A DNA stretch of 64,000 bases, taken from IMG/VR virus record IMGVR_UViG_3300010334_006426, positions 41,141 through 105,140 of that record; one strand, given 5' to 3'. The notes below the pieces were generated by a model that did not search any database, was not told where the DNA came from, and saw only the letters and a program-made list of their open reading frames with translations. The position numbers were made by a program, and so were the translations under genes. The stretch is from a virus. This document shows positions 1 through 9,457 of the stretch, in pieces; within the stretch, counting starts at the first letter, position 1, and each line of letters begins with the position of its first letter.

Positions 1-393
1 AATAGCATAAGCGAAAAAATTCCTTATCTGTTTATAACGGAAGGTCCAATCGATGCCTTTTTCATTGAAAATGGAATAGCTGTTGCAGGTATTAATGAAA
101 GTAGTGATTTAGTATTTACAGATAAACAAAAATCACAAATAGCTGCTTTTCCGTTGCATGAAAAAATTTGGATATTGGATAATCAGCGGAATGATAAGGC
201 TAGTAAAAAGAAGACTAACATCTTACTTAAGAAAGGTTATAAGGTTTTTATATGGCCGGAGAAAACAAAACATTTCAAAGACTTAAATGAAATGGCTATA
301 AATCTAAAGATAGATAAAGTTTCTACAAAATTTATACTTGAAAATACCTTCTCCGGTATTAAGGGTAGTTTATTATTGTCTAACCTAGATTAA
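1..393 (+). CDS. gp61: DNA primase (T4 gp61-like), C-terminal TOPRIM part, 5'-truncated by the window
   Basis: Frame 1 is open from base 1: ...IPYLFITEGPIDAFFIENGIAVAG...WILDNQ...VFIWP...KDLNEM. The EGPID and KDxNE motifs are typical of T4-like primases. The ORF-track start at 154 is internal. Confidence 0.85.
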   Translation, partial: NSISEKIPYLFITEGPIDAFFIENGIAVAGINESSDLVFTDKQKSQIAAFPLHEKIWILDNQRNDKASKKKTNILLKKGYKVFIWPEKTKHFKDLNEMAINLKIDKVSTKFILENTFSGIKGSLLLSNLD

Positions 394-815
394 CCTTCTT
401 CACCAGAAATAAGATAACCCTTTAACGATTCATTTAGAGAGCTCAACTCCATAGCTACTCTAGCTAATCTCTTCTTCTCACTGTTAGATATTTTTTCAAA
501 CAATGTATCGCACCCTGCTGCGGCTAATTGAGACTGTACACTATTACCATCGACTCCGTTGATAAAGGCTATAAACTTTTCAACCTCCTGTATCCAGCCT
601 GCTAATGTTTTCTTTTGTGCCGCGTTATGTGCGCCTCTAACTTGGTCGACACCTTGAGGAGGTGTCTGTGCGTCCAAAGTCGCGGGATCTGTACCAGGAT
701 CTAGTTCTGCTTGCATTGCGCCAGAATCAGTTTTAATTTGTTGTTTTTCTTCGTCTGCTTCTAATATACTTAAAAATCGTCTTTCAAACAAATTGGGCTT
801 TTCAAACAAGTTCAT
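390..815 (-). CDS. hypothetical protein, possible head-internal protein
   Basis: 141-aa ORF with late-promoter-like AATAAATA 5 nt before the ATG. N-terminus NLFERRFLSILE. Confidence 0.6.
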   Translation of the reverse strand: MNLFEKPNLFERRFLSILEADEEKQQIKTDSGAMQAELDPGTDPATLDAQTPPQGVDQVRGAHNAAQKKTLAGWIQEVEKFIAFINGVDGNSVQSQLAAAGCDTLFEKISNSEKKRLARVAMELSSLNESLKGYLISGEEG

Positions 816-854
816 AATATTATTTATTATTTATGGAGAAGATTAAATATATAT

Positions 855-1226
855 ATGATTAAAAAAGTCAGTACACTCAATGAAGATTCGCAAATGCTTT
901 ATAATAAATGGGTTAGAGGTATCGCTACAAGAGAATTACAACCAGAAATAATTACATTATCTGATATAGTAAATAGATTTCGTAATAATAATAAAGCTCC
1001 TAAAAAGCTACCTTATCCTTTGGATAGTGTAGTAGACTTTTTAGGCGATATATTTGTTAAGTGTGCTGACTTAAGACGTACCTTGGCGCAAGGCGTTGTG
1101 AGCCCTTTAATTAAAGACAAAGCGTCAAAAATTAAAACAGTTAGAGATTTAAATAAAAAAATAGAGAGAATACAGCAGCAAATATTTGATTGTACTGAAG
1201 ATCTCAATAAATTACTTGAAAAGTAA
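855..1226 (+). CDS. hypothetical protein
   Basis: 123-aa ORF with TAAATA (844-849) 5 nt upstream and a coiled-coil-like C-terminus. Confidence 0.6.
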   Translation: MIKKVSTLNEDSQMLYNKWVRGIATRELQPEIITLSDIVNRFRNNNKAPKKLPYPLDSVVDFLGDIFVKCADLRRTLAQGVVSPLIKDKASKIKTVRDLNKKIERIQQQIFDCTEDLNKLLEK

Positions 1227-1249
1227 TATTTTGGTTTTAATATATATTA

Positions 1250-1681
1250 ATGGCTAAAAAGATATTACAAAGCTTTGGTCTTACCTTTTTAATTAGCGCT
1301 ATTCTTGCTTGGCCGTTGACATTTCTAGGCGTTAGCTTTATTAGTGGCGTTCTTTTTTTCAGCGCAGTTCAATTCGTAGGGTTTTATTTTTATAGAGAAA
1401 TACAAGAGCGTAAACTGCTTTTAGAGCAGCAAAATTTTATTTTAGCTAGAGAAGCCGAACTAAGTAAGCAGGGGTCAGAGGTTATATGTCCCTGTGATAG
1501 ACAGGTTAAATGCTTTGTTCCTATAAAGCTAAACGAGAGAAATGAATACGTATGCCCAGGTTGCAACAAGGATGCTAATGTTAATGTATTATTAAAAACT
1601 GTTTTGGTCACTACCCCTATAATTGAGTCTGCTGAAGATGTGATAGCAAATAATTTAAAGGAAAAAAATGGAAGTAATTAA
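1250..1681 (+). CDS. membrane protein with two N-terminal TM helices and a C-terminal Cys4 zinc-ribbon-like motif
   Basis: Hydrophobic residues about 9-47, then CPC...C and CPGC motifs. Confidence 0.6.
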   Translation: MAKKILQSFGLTFLISAILAWPLTFLGVSFISGVLFFSAVQFVGFYFYREIQERKLLLEQQNFILAREAELSKQGSEVICPCDRQVKCFVPIKLNERNEYVCPGCNKDANVNVLLKTVLVTTPIIESAEDVIANNLKEKNGSN

Positions 1682-2054
1682 TGTACCTGCAAGCCAAGTA
1701 TTACCTGTATCAGGGTATGTGGCACCACCTTCTATAGCACAAGTTAAGAAAGAAGCAGAAGAATTCTTTTTTTCAAAAGGATTATTAGCACACAAAATCT
1801 ATAAAAATGCATACACTAGCTCACTCGCTGATTCACCGTCATCAGAACAGTTTATTCAAGACTTTTTTAACGTTTTAGAAAATTCAATCAAGACGCAGAT
1901 AAAAAACAACAATCAAGATGTTTCTATATCTATAAAATTAGTTTTTGATACATTGAGAAATAGTTTTAATATTTTATCCGCTCTTGGAGTAAAAATTGAT
2001 CCAATTACGTTTTTTGCCACGCTGGTAGCGTTTATTTTAAGTAAATTAAGATAG
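1668..2054 (+). CDS. hypothetical protein
   Basis: 128-aa ORF overlapping the upstream gene, with a hydrophobic C-terminus. Confidence 0.55.
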   Translation: MEVINVPASQVLPVSGYVAPPSIAQVKKEAEEFFFSKGLLAHKIYKNAYTSSLADSPSSEQFIQDFFNVLENSIKTQIKNNNQDVSISIKLVFDTLRNSFNILSALGVKIDPITFFATLVAFILSKLR

Positions 2055-2057
2055 TTG

Positions 2058-2086
2058 TTGCGTATGTTTATTTTTTCATCTATTAT
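2058..2086 (+). promoter_or_regulatory. sigma70-type promoter (TTGCGT-17-TATTAT), 6 nt before the ATG at 2093
   Basis: -35 at 2058-2063, -10 at 2081-2086, 17-nt spacer, no Shine-Dalgarno. Confidence 0.55.
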
Positions 2087-2092
2087 GATGAA

Positions 2093-2461
2093 ATGAGCAA
2101 TACAATCCAAATTAACTGTAAAGATAAGACCATTTCCATGAAAAAAATCGAATATGCTAGATGGCTTTGTCTTATAGAAGCAATTGATCTTGTTGAAAAA
2201 AAAGCTGAAGAACTTAAAGCGGACTTAATAGGTGATGACTTCTGGGTTAAGCCTTTAGCTTTTCAGAAGTATATAGACCACAGATTAGAGACTATGGTGA
2301 TTGATGTAGATAGAGAAGAATTTAATATACCTACTATGGTTTCTATACAATCCAACAAAGACCTTGTACCTGTTAATGTTGAAGTACAGGAAACAGAAGA
2401 TCAGTCTGAAGAAGAGTTTGAGCCTACTGAAAAAGATTTGTCTGTGCTGACTATGGTTTAA
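2093..2461 (+). CDS. hypothetical protein with acidic C-terminus
   Basis: 122-aa ORF. Confidence 0.6.
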   Translation: MSNTIQINCKDKTISMKKIEYARWLCLIEAIDLVEKKAEELKADLIGDDFWVKPLAFQKYIDHRLETMVIDVDREEFNIPTMVSIQSNKDLVPVNVEVQETEDQSEEEFEPTEKDLSVLTMV

Positions 2462-3210
2462 TAGTAGCCGCCGTAAATTTCTGTATTGTTCACAGACATG
2501 TCAAAGATATTTTTACTGCTAAATTTATCTGAACTTTCTGGATAACTAGAAGGCCTTGGGCTATATGTAACATCGTTAGGTAGGTTTGTTGTAATAGTTC
2601 CATATCTTTCATTATCGTAGACTTGGTTGCTACCCTTTTCTTGAGGCAGATTAGGTTCAAAAGAATAGTCAAATCTCTTTGCCTTTAATAACCATACATA
2701 ATGGCCCATTAAAGGATTTATTTGTGAATTCTCTTGATCTAAACGCTCTGTAATTTCATACATCTTTCCATCACGGTCTCCTGGTCGTGAGTTTCCGTAT
2801 TCTGCTAGCTTAAATACATCACCGGCTTTAGGTTCAGCATCAGGTGGAAAAGTAGCGTAAAAAGAACTTATGTGCATGTACGCGGTACATGTTTCATCAC
2901 TCATATAGCCAAATTTACTAAGTATAAGGGCATTCTCAGATAACTGTATTGCCATAACAACATCTTTTGGATCTTCAAATCTAGAAGTAGGCTGCTCCCC
3001 ATATACGTTATCAGCAGATAATAAATTATAGCTATTTCTATAATATTTTACTTTTTGACCATACAAATCTAATTGTTCACGCCAGTAGTTGCTATATAAC
3101 TGTCTCTCACATTCATTATTATCTTTCTCTGTAAACCTTAACGTACTTGTTGTATATTTTAATGGATAGGTTCTAATGCAGTTTGTTCCGGTATATCTAT
3201 CGACACTCAT
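2458..3210 (-). CDS. gp14: neck/head-completion protein (T4 gp14-like)
   Basis: EQLDLYGQKVKYY, VYGE, LSKFG, PKAGD, YEIT and YVWLLKAKRFDYS match the gp14 motif order. Confidence 0.75.
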   Translation of the reverse strand: MSVDRYTGTNCIRTYPLKYTTSTLRFTEKDNNECERQLYSNYWREQLDLYGQKVKYYRNSYNLLSADNVYGEQPTSRFEDPKDVVMAIQLSENALILSKFGYMSDETCTAYMHISSFYATFPPDAEPKAGDVFKLAEYGNSRPGDRDGKMYEITERLDQENSQINPLMGHYVWLLKAKRFDYSFEPNLPQEKGSNQVYDNERYGTITTNLPNDVTYSPRPSSYPESSDKFSSKNIFDMSVNNTEIYGGYY

Positions 3211-3572
3211 TTTTGAAGAATATAACCTCCCAGGTTGTGGTCAAACTTTAATAAAATGCCTGTATTACCTAGAGATTTTGGTGTGTTTGGGTTGACCCTA
3301 GAAATACCGTATTTAGTGCAAATTTTTTGGATTTCATCTTGAGATAAAGCCTTTCTATTTGTATTTGAAGTTCTTAAATCATTCATAGCTTGTATAGACT
3401 TTGGATCTACTTTGTGCATATCAGGAACCGTTTGCGCGTGCTTTCTGAATCCAGGATCTTTTATAACTTTACGGTGACGTTGTGTTGGCTTGAGCTCTGT
3501 TAGCGTTCCTTGATTCCAAGTTGTTATTTCCTGAATTAATATATTATTAAATATTTTTTCGAAAATACTCAC
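3207..3572 (-). CDS. hypothetical protein (late)
   Basis: 121-aa ORF with a GTG start 4 nt after TATAAATA (3577-3584, minus strand). Confidence 0.6.
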   Translation of the reverse strand: MSIFEKIFNNILIQEITTWNQGTLTELKPTQRHRKVIKDPGFRKHAQTVPDMHKVDPKSIQAMNDLRTSNTNRKALSQDEIQKICTKYGISRVNPNTPKSLGNTGILLKFDHNLGGYILQK

Positions 3573-3586
3573 ATATTATTTATAAT

Positions 3587-3612
3587 AAAAAAGCCGTCAT
3601 AAGACGGCTTTT
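3587..3612 (-). terminator. intrinsic terminator, possibly bidirectional
   Basis: AAAAGCCGTC-ATAA-GACGGCTTTT perfect stem with A/T runs on both sides, downstream of 3633..4559. Confidence 0.75.
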
Positions 3613-3632
3613 CTACTTTTATGTAAGGTTCT

Positions 3633-4559
3633 TTATTTAAAGAAATCGCCAGCCTTGTAACCTGGTGCGTTTACTTTATTGTTCTTGCCTTGTAAGGAAT
3701 GACCCTTACTATCAGGTAGAGCAGAAGGCTTACCATCCATTGTTACACCTTTGGTGTCACCGGAAGCCTTGGAGCTCTTAGCATGGCCAAGCTTACCTGG
3801 AACTTTATTGTTCTTGCCTTGTAGGGATTGACCTTTACTATCGGGAAGTTCTTCTAATTCCGTGGCTTCACCAGCAACAGCTTCTTCATCTTCATCTTCA
3901 TCTTTCTCTTTCTTGTCGGCCTTACTCTGTTCATCTTCGTCGGAGCCAGCTTCTTCAGCGCCAGCTTCTTCAGCGCCAGCTTCAGATCCTTCTACATCTT
4001 CTTTATCTTCGCCGTGTTCTTCAGAGCCACCTAGTACATCGCCGAGCATATCATGTAGCTTCTGAGCAACATCGCGAGGAAGAGTTACTGTAACATCTTC
4101 GTGTTCACCGCCAAGGTCTTCAGCTTTATCAGCCTCAGCACCCTCGGGGCCGGCTTGAATGCCTAAATCAAAGGCATCATCCTTCATTACATCTTCGTAA
4201 AGTCTATCAAAAATTGATTTGCTCATATTATTATTTATATTCGCTGGATCCTTTTTTTCAAGAGCCGTAGAAAATTTTTGTGGCTCAAAATGATTATTTT
4301 TTTTAGCAGTTTTTGGATCCACTATATCTTTACTAAACCCTTCTGCAGCCTCTGGGCCAGTATTTTTTAAAGAAAAAGCATTTTTATCACTTCCCTTAGA
4401 GGTAATTTTCTTAGTATCTATTTTTTTATCCTTAGCAGAGGCAAAAGTATTCAAAGTTTTAACAGTCTTCTCTTCAACGACATTTTGCTTTATTTCAGGG
4501 CTTTTTTTCATAGCCTCGTAAACTAACCCTATATCCTTTATACTTTTTACTCTTGTCAT
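3633..4559 (-). CDS. acidic low-complexity protein, probable prohead core/internal protein; probable nested start at 4226
   Basis: 308 aa, E/D/G/A-rich middle, duplicated LPDSKGxSLQGKNNKV. TATAAATA precedes both ATG 4559 and the in-frame ATG 4226. Confidence 0.6.
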   Translation of the reverse strand: MTRVKSIKDIGLVYEAMKKSPEIKQNVVEEKTVKTLNTFASAKDKKIDTKKITSKGSDKNAFSLKNTGPEAAEGFSKDIVDPKTAKKNNHFEPQKFSTALEKKDPANINNNMSKSIFDRLYEDVMKDDAFDLGIQAGPEGAEADKAEDLGGEHEDVTVTLPRDVAQKLHDMLGDVLGGSEEHGEDKEDVEGSEAGAEEAGAEEAGSDEDEQSKADKKEKDEDEDEEAVAGEATELEELPDSKGQSLQGKNNKVPGKLGHAKSSKASGDTKGVTMDGKPSALPDSKGHSLQGKNNKVNAPGYKAGDFFK

Positions 4560-4566
4560 ATATATG

Positions 4567-4587
4567 TATTTATATTATTAATAAATA
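4567..4587. promoter_or_regulatory. back-to-back T4-type late promoters
   Basis: TATAAATA on minus (4567-4574), 7 nt before ATG 4559. AATAAATA on plus (4580-4587), 4 nt before ATG 4592. Confidence 0.65.
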
Positions 4588-4591
4588 AAAT

Positions 4592-6307
4592 ATGGGAGAT
4601 AAAGAAAAATATTATCTAGGCAACGAAAGGCTTCCTACTACCAGCACGAAGTTTGAGTACACCCCGGATATGATAAACGAGCTTAAAAAATGCAAAAAAA
4701 ACTTATTGCATTTTGCTGAAAACTACTTCTTTATCATTAATTTAGATAGAGGTAAAGAAAAAATTAAGCTATACTCTTGTCAAAAAAGAGTTTTAAGAAG
4801 TTTAAGAGATAGCCGTTTTATAATATTGCTATCTTCTAGACAGAGCGGCAAAACAACACAAATGACTATATATTGCCTTTGGAATGCATGCTTTAACGAT
4901 GATCAAAGAATATTAATTGTAGCTAATAAAGAGCAGACAGCAAAAAATATATTTAAAAGAATAAGAATGGCATATGAGATGTTGCCTAACTTTATAAAAC
5001 CTGGAGTAGTAGAGTATGGTCAAACTAGCATGACACTCACCAATGGTAGCAGCATAGGTATCAGTACAACCAGCAGTGATGCAGGTAGAGGCGACAGCTG
5101 CAATTGTTTAATTTTAGATGAGCTAGCCTTTATCGACAATCATATAGTTGATAAATTCTGGGAATCTGTTTACCCTATTATTAGTAGTTCTAAGAAAAGT
5201 AAAATTTTTATAGCTAGTACTCCTAATGGTACGGATAATCTTTTTTACAGATTGTTCAAGGGAGCTGAAGAAGGTGATAATAACTGGAAAGCAGAAAGAA
5301 TTGATTGGTGGGAAATACCAGGTCGTGATGAAAAGTGGAAACATGATACAATTAAAACATTAGGCAGTCTCGAGACATTTTCACAAGAATTTGGAAATGA
5401 ATTTTTGCATGGTGGTGAAAGTAGTCTCAACGAGCAACTATACAATTCCTGTTTAAGGGATTGTAGGGAGCCTGAATTTATTTTTGAAGAAGGAAAATAT
5501 TTACTGTGGGAGGAGCCTAGGGAGGGAAGACTCTATACCGTTGGTGTTGATGTTAGCGAAGGTGTAAATGAATGCGCTAGTGTAGCGCAAATTTTAGATA
5601 TTACAGATTTATCGCATGTAGAACAGGTTGCAGTTTTTCATACTCGCAACACACCACCATTTCAATTTACCTCAAAACTTTTAGATATTTTAAATCAGTG
5701 GGGAAGACCCCCGGTTTGTATAGAGAGAAATAGTTGCGGTGCTCAGGTAGTAGAGCAGTTAAAATTCACACACGGGTATGAAAATATTGTTTCATGGGGG
5801 GCTAAGGCGGGTGACAAAACAGAATTCAAAAGGGTGGGTATTCTTTCACACACAAATACAAAATACAGAGGTATTACTAATATGAGATATTGGGTAAATG
5901 AGTTAAAAGCTATAAAATTCAGAGACATTAATACATTAAAAGAATTTAAAACTTTTATAAGATACCCTAATAATACCTGGGGTGCTAGGCCAGGTGCAGA
6001 TAGCTATGATGACCGTGTTATGGCCTTGGTTTGGGCATTAATAATTTTAGAAAATGAATTATGTAGTAGATATTTTGATGTTGTAAAGCTTGATGATTGT
6101 GATAGGCCTCAAGTTTTAAAATCTCTTGATTATGGAATTAGAGGTGTAATTAGCCCCTTAAGTTTATATAGTAACGAGAAAGATTCTGGTATAAACACGG
6201 CATTACCGACTATATTTCAAGAAGACGCAGCTTCTGCTGACCTGGAGATGGACGATTTAAGAAGACAAGGCTGGTACTTGCCAGGTGAATCTTATTTTGA
6301 TAAATAA
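4592..6307 (+). CDS. gp17: terminase large subunit (T4 gp17-like)
   Basis: Walker A SRQSGKT, Walker B LILDELAF, ASTPNG, QEFGNEF, RNase H-like nuclease VGVDVSEG...IERN...DDRVMA. Confidence 0.95.
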   Translation: MGDKEKYYLGNERLPTTSTKFEYTPDMINELKKCKKNLLHFAENYFFIINLDRGKEKIKLYSCQKRVLRSLRDSRFIILLSSRQSGKTTQMTIYCLWNACFNDDQRILIVANKEQTAKNIFKRIRMAYEMLPNFIKPGVVEYGQTSMTLTNGSSIGISTTSSDAGRGDSCNCLILDELAFIDNHIVDKFWESVYPIISSSKKSKIFIASTPNGTDNLFYRLFKGAEEGDNNWKAERIDWWEIPGRDEKWKHDTIKTLGSLETFSQEFGNEFLHGGESSLNEQLYNSCLRDCREPEFIFEEGKYLLWEEPREGRLYTVGVDVSEGVNECASVAQILDITDLSHVEQVAVFHTRNTPPFQFTSKLLDILNQWGRPPVCIERNSCGAQVVEQLKFTHGYENIVSWGAKAGDKTEFKRVGILSHTNTKYRGITNMRYWVNELKAIKFRDINTLKEFKTFIRYPNNTWGARPGADSYDDRVMALVWALIILENELCSRYFDVVKLDDCDRPQVLKSLDYGIRGVISPLSLYSNEKDSGINTALPTIFQEDAASADLEMDDLRRQGWYLPGESYFDK

Positions 6308-6310
6308 CAT

Positions 6311-6904
6311 ATGGCTACTTCTCCAAATCAGCTTCCTATTTTTCAAAGCCCTCTAAACAAACAGAGAAAAGATAAATTTATATGTGTTTTAACTATTCCA
6401 AGAATTTTGAGGGATGAGGTTAAAGATATAGCAAGAAGAAATTCTTCTATAAATTTCGATGCATTACAATTTAGTATCTTTGGTGCTGTTGCCCCGCCTA
6501 TAGAAATTCCTCCTGTAGGTATACCATATGCAGGGCAAACATTAAAGGTTACATCTTATGCGCGTCCATCATTCCCAACATTAAAGGTAGATTTTACCGT
6601 AGATAACTGGTTTAATAACTATTGGGTAATATACAAGTGGCTTGAAGTGTTTAATGATCCTAAAATAGGTATCTTTAGCCCTCAGGACAAAGAAGTTGAA
6701 TCTAGAACTGGTGAATATATGACAAATATATCTATATATGGTTTAGACGAATATAATAACAAAACAATTCAATTTGATTATATTAGATCATTTCCAACTG
6801 CCTTACAAGGCATAGAATATAATGATAGGGATGCTGACGAAATGGTATGTAGTTTTAATTTTGCTTACCATCAATTAAAGGTTTCTCTATTACCTGTAAA
6901 TTAA
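6311..6904 (+). CDS. tail tube terminator/tail completion protein (T4 gp3-like)
   Basis: LKVDFTVD..NY..IYKW and FPTALQGIEY...F.Y pattern of the gp3/gp19 fold; directly upstream of the sheath. Confidence 0.6.
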   Translation: MATSPNQLPIFQSPLNKQRKDKFICVLTIPRILRDEVKDIARRNSSINFDALQFSIFGAVAPPIEIPPVGIPYAGQTLKVTSYARPSFPTLKVDFTVDNWFNNYWVIYKWLEVFNDPKIGIFSPQDKEVESRTGEYMTNISIYGLDEYNNKTIQFDYIRSFPTALQGIEYNDRDADEMVCSFNFAYHQLKVSLLPVN

Positions 6905-6965
6905 TTTGTAGACTTTTTTTATTTTTTTTGAAAAAGTTAAACATAAGTAATATAAATATTAACGT

Positions 6966-7001
6966 ATGAGTAACAATTCCCTTGCAGGAGATAATAACTA
7001 A
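6966..7001 (+). CDS. putative 11-aa leader peptide (MSNNSLAGDNN) upstream of the tail sheath
   Basis: ATG 7 nt after TATAAATA (6951-6958); the stop ends 5 nt before the sheath ATG. Confidence 0.25.
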   Translation: MSNNSLAGDNN

Positions 7002-7006
7002 AATAT

Positions 7007-9433
7007 ATGGCAAGAACAATTCAAAGCCCAGGAGTTGAAATTCGTGAGGTTGATCTTTCCTTAAGACCAGTAATCACACAAGGTACTAGCGTTTTTGTCG
7101 CTGGTTTCTCCAATCAAGGCCCTATCGACGAAGTTTTACAGCCAGCAAGTATTAGTGAGTTTGAACAAATCTACGGTACACCGACAAATGCTGCTGAGAG
7201 ATATTTTTATCATACAGTAAAAGCTTCCCTACAAGCCCCGGTTCAATTAAAAGTTACAAGACTACCCTATGGTGAAGCTAAGGGCGAAGGGTTTAATGCA
7301 TGGAGATATAGTGCATTAGTTTATCCTGTTATCTCTCTGACAACCGACAAAGTAGGCTTATCTTCCGTAGAATTAAGAAGTCTTAGCGGTTCTAATGCAT
7401 ATTATCTAAAATCGCCAACACATCTTGAACTTACTTTAGAACAATATCAAAATTTAATTAACAATAATATCTCTTGGGAAAATTTTGCTGGAGGTTATTT
7501 TGATTCTCCTAGTAGTATCTCTTATGAGACAATTGGTAATGCAGGTTTAGTTATTCTAAACAAATCTCAAGTTTCGAATAATAATAAATTCGAAGGCTAT
7601 TATGTTGCTATTACTGATAATGCAAATGTAAATCCTGCCACACCTTTTGACGGTATTAACGGTATTAAGTCGATTGGAGCTAATTTACCTTCAATAAACA
7701 GCTTTATAAGCGTACCTACAACAAGACTTAATTTTCCATTGACGGCAACTAAGTTTGGCGATGGTAGTAGTATTAGTGAAATCATGGAAAATGCTGCTAC
7801 ATTTGATATTTCTCCAGCCTCGTTCAGTGATACACTTACAATTGGTGTATTTAAATTGAGACAGAGTGTATTTTCTCCTGATGTTATTTCGCTGGATTAT
7901 GTTTTAGCTGAAAAATATATTGGCTCTTTAGATTACTATAGGCAAATTGCTGATCCAAATGGCGGCCCTGCAGCAGCCTTTTATATTGGTAATGTAACAG
8001 AAAGATCACCCAATATCAAGGTCTTGGTAAATCCATGGATTTCTAATCAAGGTAGAAATACCTGGCTTGGTAGTGATGGCAACCCCACAAAGACAGTAAG
8101 GGTCACTAACAAACAAGGGGCTATTCCGTTAGCATTACCTGGTTATACCGAAACCGCTAAAAGTTATATAACCCGTATTGGTGCTGCTTCTGCTATCAAT
8201 GGTACAAACTTATCCGACCTATTAACCACCACAATGGAAGGTAATAAGTTGTTCCCATTAGGCGTTTATACTGATACAGTAGTTTCTAATAAAAATATCG
8301 GTAATCTACCACAGAAGCTTGAAAGAGCTTTCGAGCTTGTTGAAAATCCTGACCTATACAATATTAATCTAGTACCCGAAGCCGGTCTAGGTACTATATT
8401 TGTAAGCGTAGCAGAGCAAGCATTTAACAACAATTTGCCTGTTTCGGCTTGCGGACCTTACCATGAAAATACACCGGTAAATAGTCTTAGCGGATTGTTC
8501 ATTACTAATAATGAGCTCTTGGGTGAAGAAGGATCGAGAATCAGATCTAATTATAATGCAGTTGCAAGTATAATGGTAAATGCTGCACAGAATCAAAGAA
8601 AAGATTTCCTTGTAATCCTGGACGCCTTGAGACATATATTTGTTCAAGGCGAAAACCACAAGGTTTTAAGCAACAAGAAGATTTATAGCCCTAATGCTGG
8701 TGTTGGAGTCGATCCTAAAGCTTCAGACTACACTCCCACGAGCTTTAGTCAGCATATCTACTGGCCATTAAGACATCAATTTAGCTTAATTGATTCTAGC
8801 TACGCTTGCAGCTACGCTACTGTTGCTCAAGTATTAGACCCATCATCTAATCGTCAAGTCTGGGTACCTTTCTCTGGGTTTGCAGCAGCCGCTATGGGTA
8901 ATACTGATGCTAACTTCCAGCCCTGGTTTGCGCCTGCTGGATTTACAAGAGGCGTTCTATTAGGAGTAAATGATTTAGGTATGTATCCTAAGCAAAAACA
9001 ACGTGATCAACTGTACAAGATAGGCCTGAACCCTGTGCCGTTCTTCCCCGTTGAAGGGTTTGTAATCTTTGGTCAGAAGACCTTGCTTAAGAAGCCAAGT
9101 GCATTTGATCGTATTAACGTACGTAGATTGTTCTTAGATCTAGAAGTTGCAACTAGAGATACCGTTAAATATTTCGTATTCGAACCAAATACACTATTTA
9201 CAAGAACACAAGTTGTAAATACACTTACACCTATATTTGATAATGCTAAGAATACAGAGGGATTATATGATTATCTAATCATTTGCGATGAGCGTAATAA
9301 TACACCCGATGTAATAGATCAAAATGAATTGAAGGTCGATATTTATCTTAAGCCAGTACGCGCTGCAGAGTTTATCTTAGTAAGCTTCTATGCAACTCGT
9401 ACCGGTCAAAACTTCCAGGAGTTACTAGCGTAA
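7007..9433 (+). CDS. gp18: tail sheath protein (T4 gp18-like)
   Basis: N-terminal SPGVEIREVDLS; C-terminal PWFAPAGFTRG, GQKTL, AFDRINVRRLFL, FEPN, CDERNNT, KPVRAAEFI. Confidence 0.96.
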   Translation: MARTIQSPGVEIREVDLSLRPVITQGTSVFVAGFSNQGPIDEVLQPASISEFEQIYGTPTNAAERYFYHTVKASLQAPVQLKVTRLPYGEAKGEGFNAWRYSALVYPVISLTTDKVGLSSVELRSLSGSNAYYLKSPTHLELTLEQYQNLINNNISWENFAGGYFDSPSSISYETIGNAGLVILNKSQVSNNNKFEGYYVAITDNANVNPATPFDGINGIKSIGANLPSINSFISVPTTRLNFPLTATKFGDGSSISEIMENAATFDISPASFSDTLTIGVFKLRQSVFSPDVISLDYVLAEKYIGSLDYYRQIADPNGGPAAAFYIGNVTERSPNIKVLVNPWISNQGRNTWLGSDGNPTKTVRVTNKQGAIPLALPGYTETAKSYITRIGAASAINGTNLSDLLTTTMEGNKLFPLGVYTDTVVSNKNIGNLPQKLERAFELVENPDLYNINLVPEAGLGTIFVSVAEQAFNNNLPVSACGPYHENTPVNSLSGLFITNNELLGEEGSRIRSNYNAVASIMVNAAQNQRKDFLVILDALRHIFVQGENHKVLSNKKIYSPNAGVGVDPKASDYTPTSFSQHIYWPLRHQFSLIDSSYACSYATVAQVLDPSSNRQVWVPFSGFAAAAMGNTDANFQPWFAPAGFTRGVLLGVNDLGMYPKQKQRDQLYKIGLNPVPFFPVEGFVIFGQKTLLKKPSAFDRINVRRLFLDLEVATRDTVKYFVFEPNTLFTRTQVVNTLTPIFDNAKNTEGLYDYLIICDERNNTPDVIDQNELKVDIYLKPVRAAEFILVSFYATRTGQNFQELLA

Positions 9434-9457
9434 CAATAAAGGAGAATAAATAATTTT

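Noticed and set aside
6905-6945. T-rich tract after the gp3-like gene as a terminator
   Set aside because: Only a weak A/T stem with no GC-rich hairpin; not distinguishable from AT-rich spacer.
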